Source: a virus (Duplodnaviria; Caudoviricetes). From it: a stretch of 27,376 nt of DNA. Under the pieces are notes generated by a model. That model did no database searches. It was given only the letters and a program-made list of their open reading frames with translations, and had not been told where the DNA came from. Made by a program: the position numbers and the translations under genes. This document shows positions 26,137 to 27,376 of this stretch, in pieces; within the stretch, counting starts at the first letter, position 1, and each line of letters opens with the position of its first letter. The stretch covers positions 1 to 27,376 of the IMG/VR virus record IMGVR_UViG_3300005528_000161; one strand, given 5' to 3'.

Positions 26137-27375
26137 TCACTTATCCTTGATTGAAGGTACGTCGAAGGATGGCACGTACCCAGCCATGTATTCCGCCCTA
26201 AGTTGCTGCCTGTAAGCAGCGACCTTGGGCCTAAAGCCTTCCGGCATTCTCTCTTCTTCCATCATGGTTCGCCCCCAAGTCGTGTCAGATGGAACCGGCA
26301 CGGGGCAAGGCCAAGCGAAGTAGTACTCCATGAAGTCCGATGCTGCCAGCATACAAGCCTCCAGCAAAGCAGCAGCCTCGATAGCAACGCTATCATCAGC
26401 ATCTGCGTAAAGGGCGTCATGAACCTGATTGACTAGCAGGGCTAGTCCGTCGAAGTTCTTCCGACTGTAGAAGGCGCGAACGGCCAACCACATAGCAGCC
26501 TTCGCCCATTCTCCGCCTTCGCCTTGAACGATGTAGTTCTTGATCTCGGTAGGAGAGAACGAAGTAGACGTGCCACGCCTAGCCAGAAACTCCGGAGCGG
26601 GTTGCTCCCTGTAAGAGTACAGCTTGTTGTCTGGCGTCCGGTAGAACGACTTGCGGAAGTTGCACTTGAGGCCCGGTATATCCGGATGATTTGCGAACAT
26701 GCTCGTCGGGATAGAGTTCGCCTTGATCTTCTCTGTCAGCTTAGTGTAGAACGCCTCGATTTCGGGATAGCGCTCGTTCTCTGCTGCAATCAGCGCCTCT
26801 ACTTCTTCAAGAGACATTCCGGTTTGTTCAGCGATAAGGCTGGCACCTGCGCCGTAAGCTCTCTGGAAGGAGAAAATCTTGGCCTTGGTGCGCTTGATCT
26901 TCCATTCCTTGATAGCCTCAGTAACGCAGAGACGAAGGGCCTCTTCGTAGGGTATTCCCTCAGACTGGCTAACGCGGACGCAGTGCATATCCAAGCCTTG
27001 CTTAAGGTCTTCGATAAGCTGTTTGCAGTTCGTTAGAATTGCCTGAATGTACACTTCGAGAGAAGAGAAGTCTGACTGGATAATCTTTCCAGACTGAAAC
27101 CTAGACCGGAACATTCTCTTAACGTCGGACTTGTCGCCTTTGGGCAGGTTCTGCAAGTTAGGATTTGAAGAGCTAAACCTAGCCGTCACAGTAGACGTAT
27201 GGTTCAGCATGTGGTGAATGATACCGTCTGCTTGCACAAGCGTCAGCATTCCCTTGCTTTCACCGTCGTCGTCCGTCGAGATATAGTACGTCGTCAGGTC
27301 TTTGGTAAGGCTAGTCACCTTGCCTAAAGACTCCAAGAACGGAATGCCCCTGTTTGAAAGCGCGGCGATAACTTC
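26137..27375 (-). CDS. DNA polymerase, family A (C-terminal polymerase domain; 5' end outside window)
   Basis: TVTARFSSSNPNLQN, motif A SDFSSLE, motif B RTKAKIFSFQRAYG, NYIVQG and motif C QVHDAL. The frame stays open to the window edge (EVIAALSNRGIPFLESLG), so the track's start at 27336 is internal. Confidence 0.96.
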   Translation of the reverse strand, partial: EVIAALSNRGIPFLESLGKVTSLTKDLTTYYISTDDDGESKGMLTLVQADGIIHHMLNHTSTVTARFSSSNPNLQNLPKGDKSDVKRMFRSRFQSGKIIQSDFSSLEVYIQAILTNCKQLIEDLKQGLDMHCVRVSQSEGIPYEEALRLCVTEAIKEWKIKRTKAKIFSFQRAYGAGASLIAEQTGMSLEEVEALIAAENERYPEIEAFYTKLTEKIKANSIPTSMFANHPDIPGLKCNFRKSFYRTPDNKLYSYREQPAPEFLARRGTSTSFSPTEIKNYIVQGEGGEWAKAAMWLAVRAFYSRKNFDGLALLVNQVHDALYADADDSVAIEAAALLEACMLAASDFMEYYFAWPCPVPVPSDTTWGRTMMEEERMPEGFRPKVAAYRQQLRAEYMAGYVPSFDVPSIKDK

Positions 27376-27376
27376 T

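Noticed and set aside
25083-26150. 355-aa plus-strand ORF, and similar ones at 22222..23004, 6042..6758, 7581..8282 and 1459..2097
   Set aside because: These are antisense shadows of well-supported minus-strand genes, with no independent evidence.
26400-26900. Non-canonical PolA motifs (KIFSFQRAYG, VHDAL instead of HDE) as a sign of a modified-base polymerase
   Set aside because: The catalytic residues are retained. As I recall, such variants occur in phiKMV-like polymerases. No base-modification synthase is present in the window.
1-27376. tRNA, CRISPR array, integrase, intron/intein or IS element
   Set aside because: Intergenic gaps are all under 100 nt and are accounted for by hairpins, promoters or SD sites. 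Core enzymes are normal in size, with no such signatures seen by eye.

Overview
This window is a 27.4-kb internal segment of a lytic T7-supergroup podophage (Autographiviridae-type). The single-subunit RNA polymerase gene lies at the end of the DNA-metabolism block, as in phiKMV-like phages. Every credible gene is on the minus strand. Transcription order (right to left): DNA polymerase A (5'-truncated), SSB-like protein, 5'-3' exonuclease, endonuclease VII, HTH-metallophosphoesterase, DUF5664-type protein, small membrane protein, hypothetical protein, ATP-dependent ligase, RNA polymerase, a 59-aa ORF missed by the track, GNAT-like protein, gp7.3-like virion protein, portal, scaffold, major capsid, tail tubular A and B, three internal virion (ejection) proteins, a short gp17-like tail adaptor, a 136-aa tail protein, a beta-propeller receptor-binding candidate and a holin (3'-truncated, also missed by the track). 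An exact 18-bp repeat (TGATACCATCGGGCACAG) is the likely phage promoter, and each copy follows a 13-bp hairpin. The most unusual signal is a set of number-matched repeat arrays in putative ejection proteins: 7x18-aa helical repeats in both the gp7.3-like and gp14-like proteins, plus 7x9-aa repeats later in the gp14-like protein. These suggest a co-lengthened DNA-delivery channel. All calls come from motif recognition and synteny by eye; no database searches were run.
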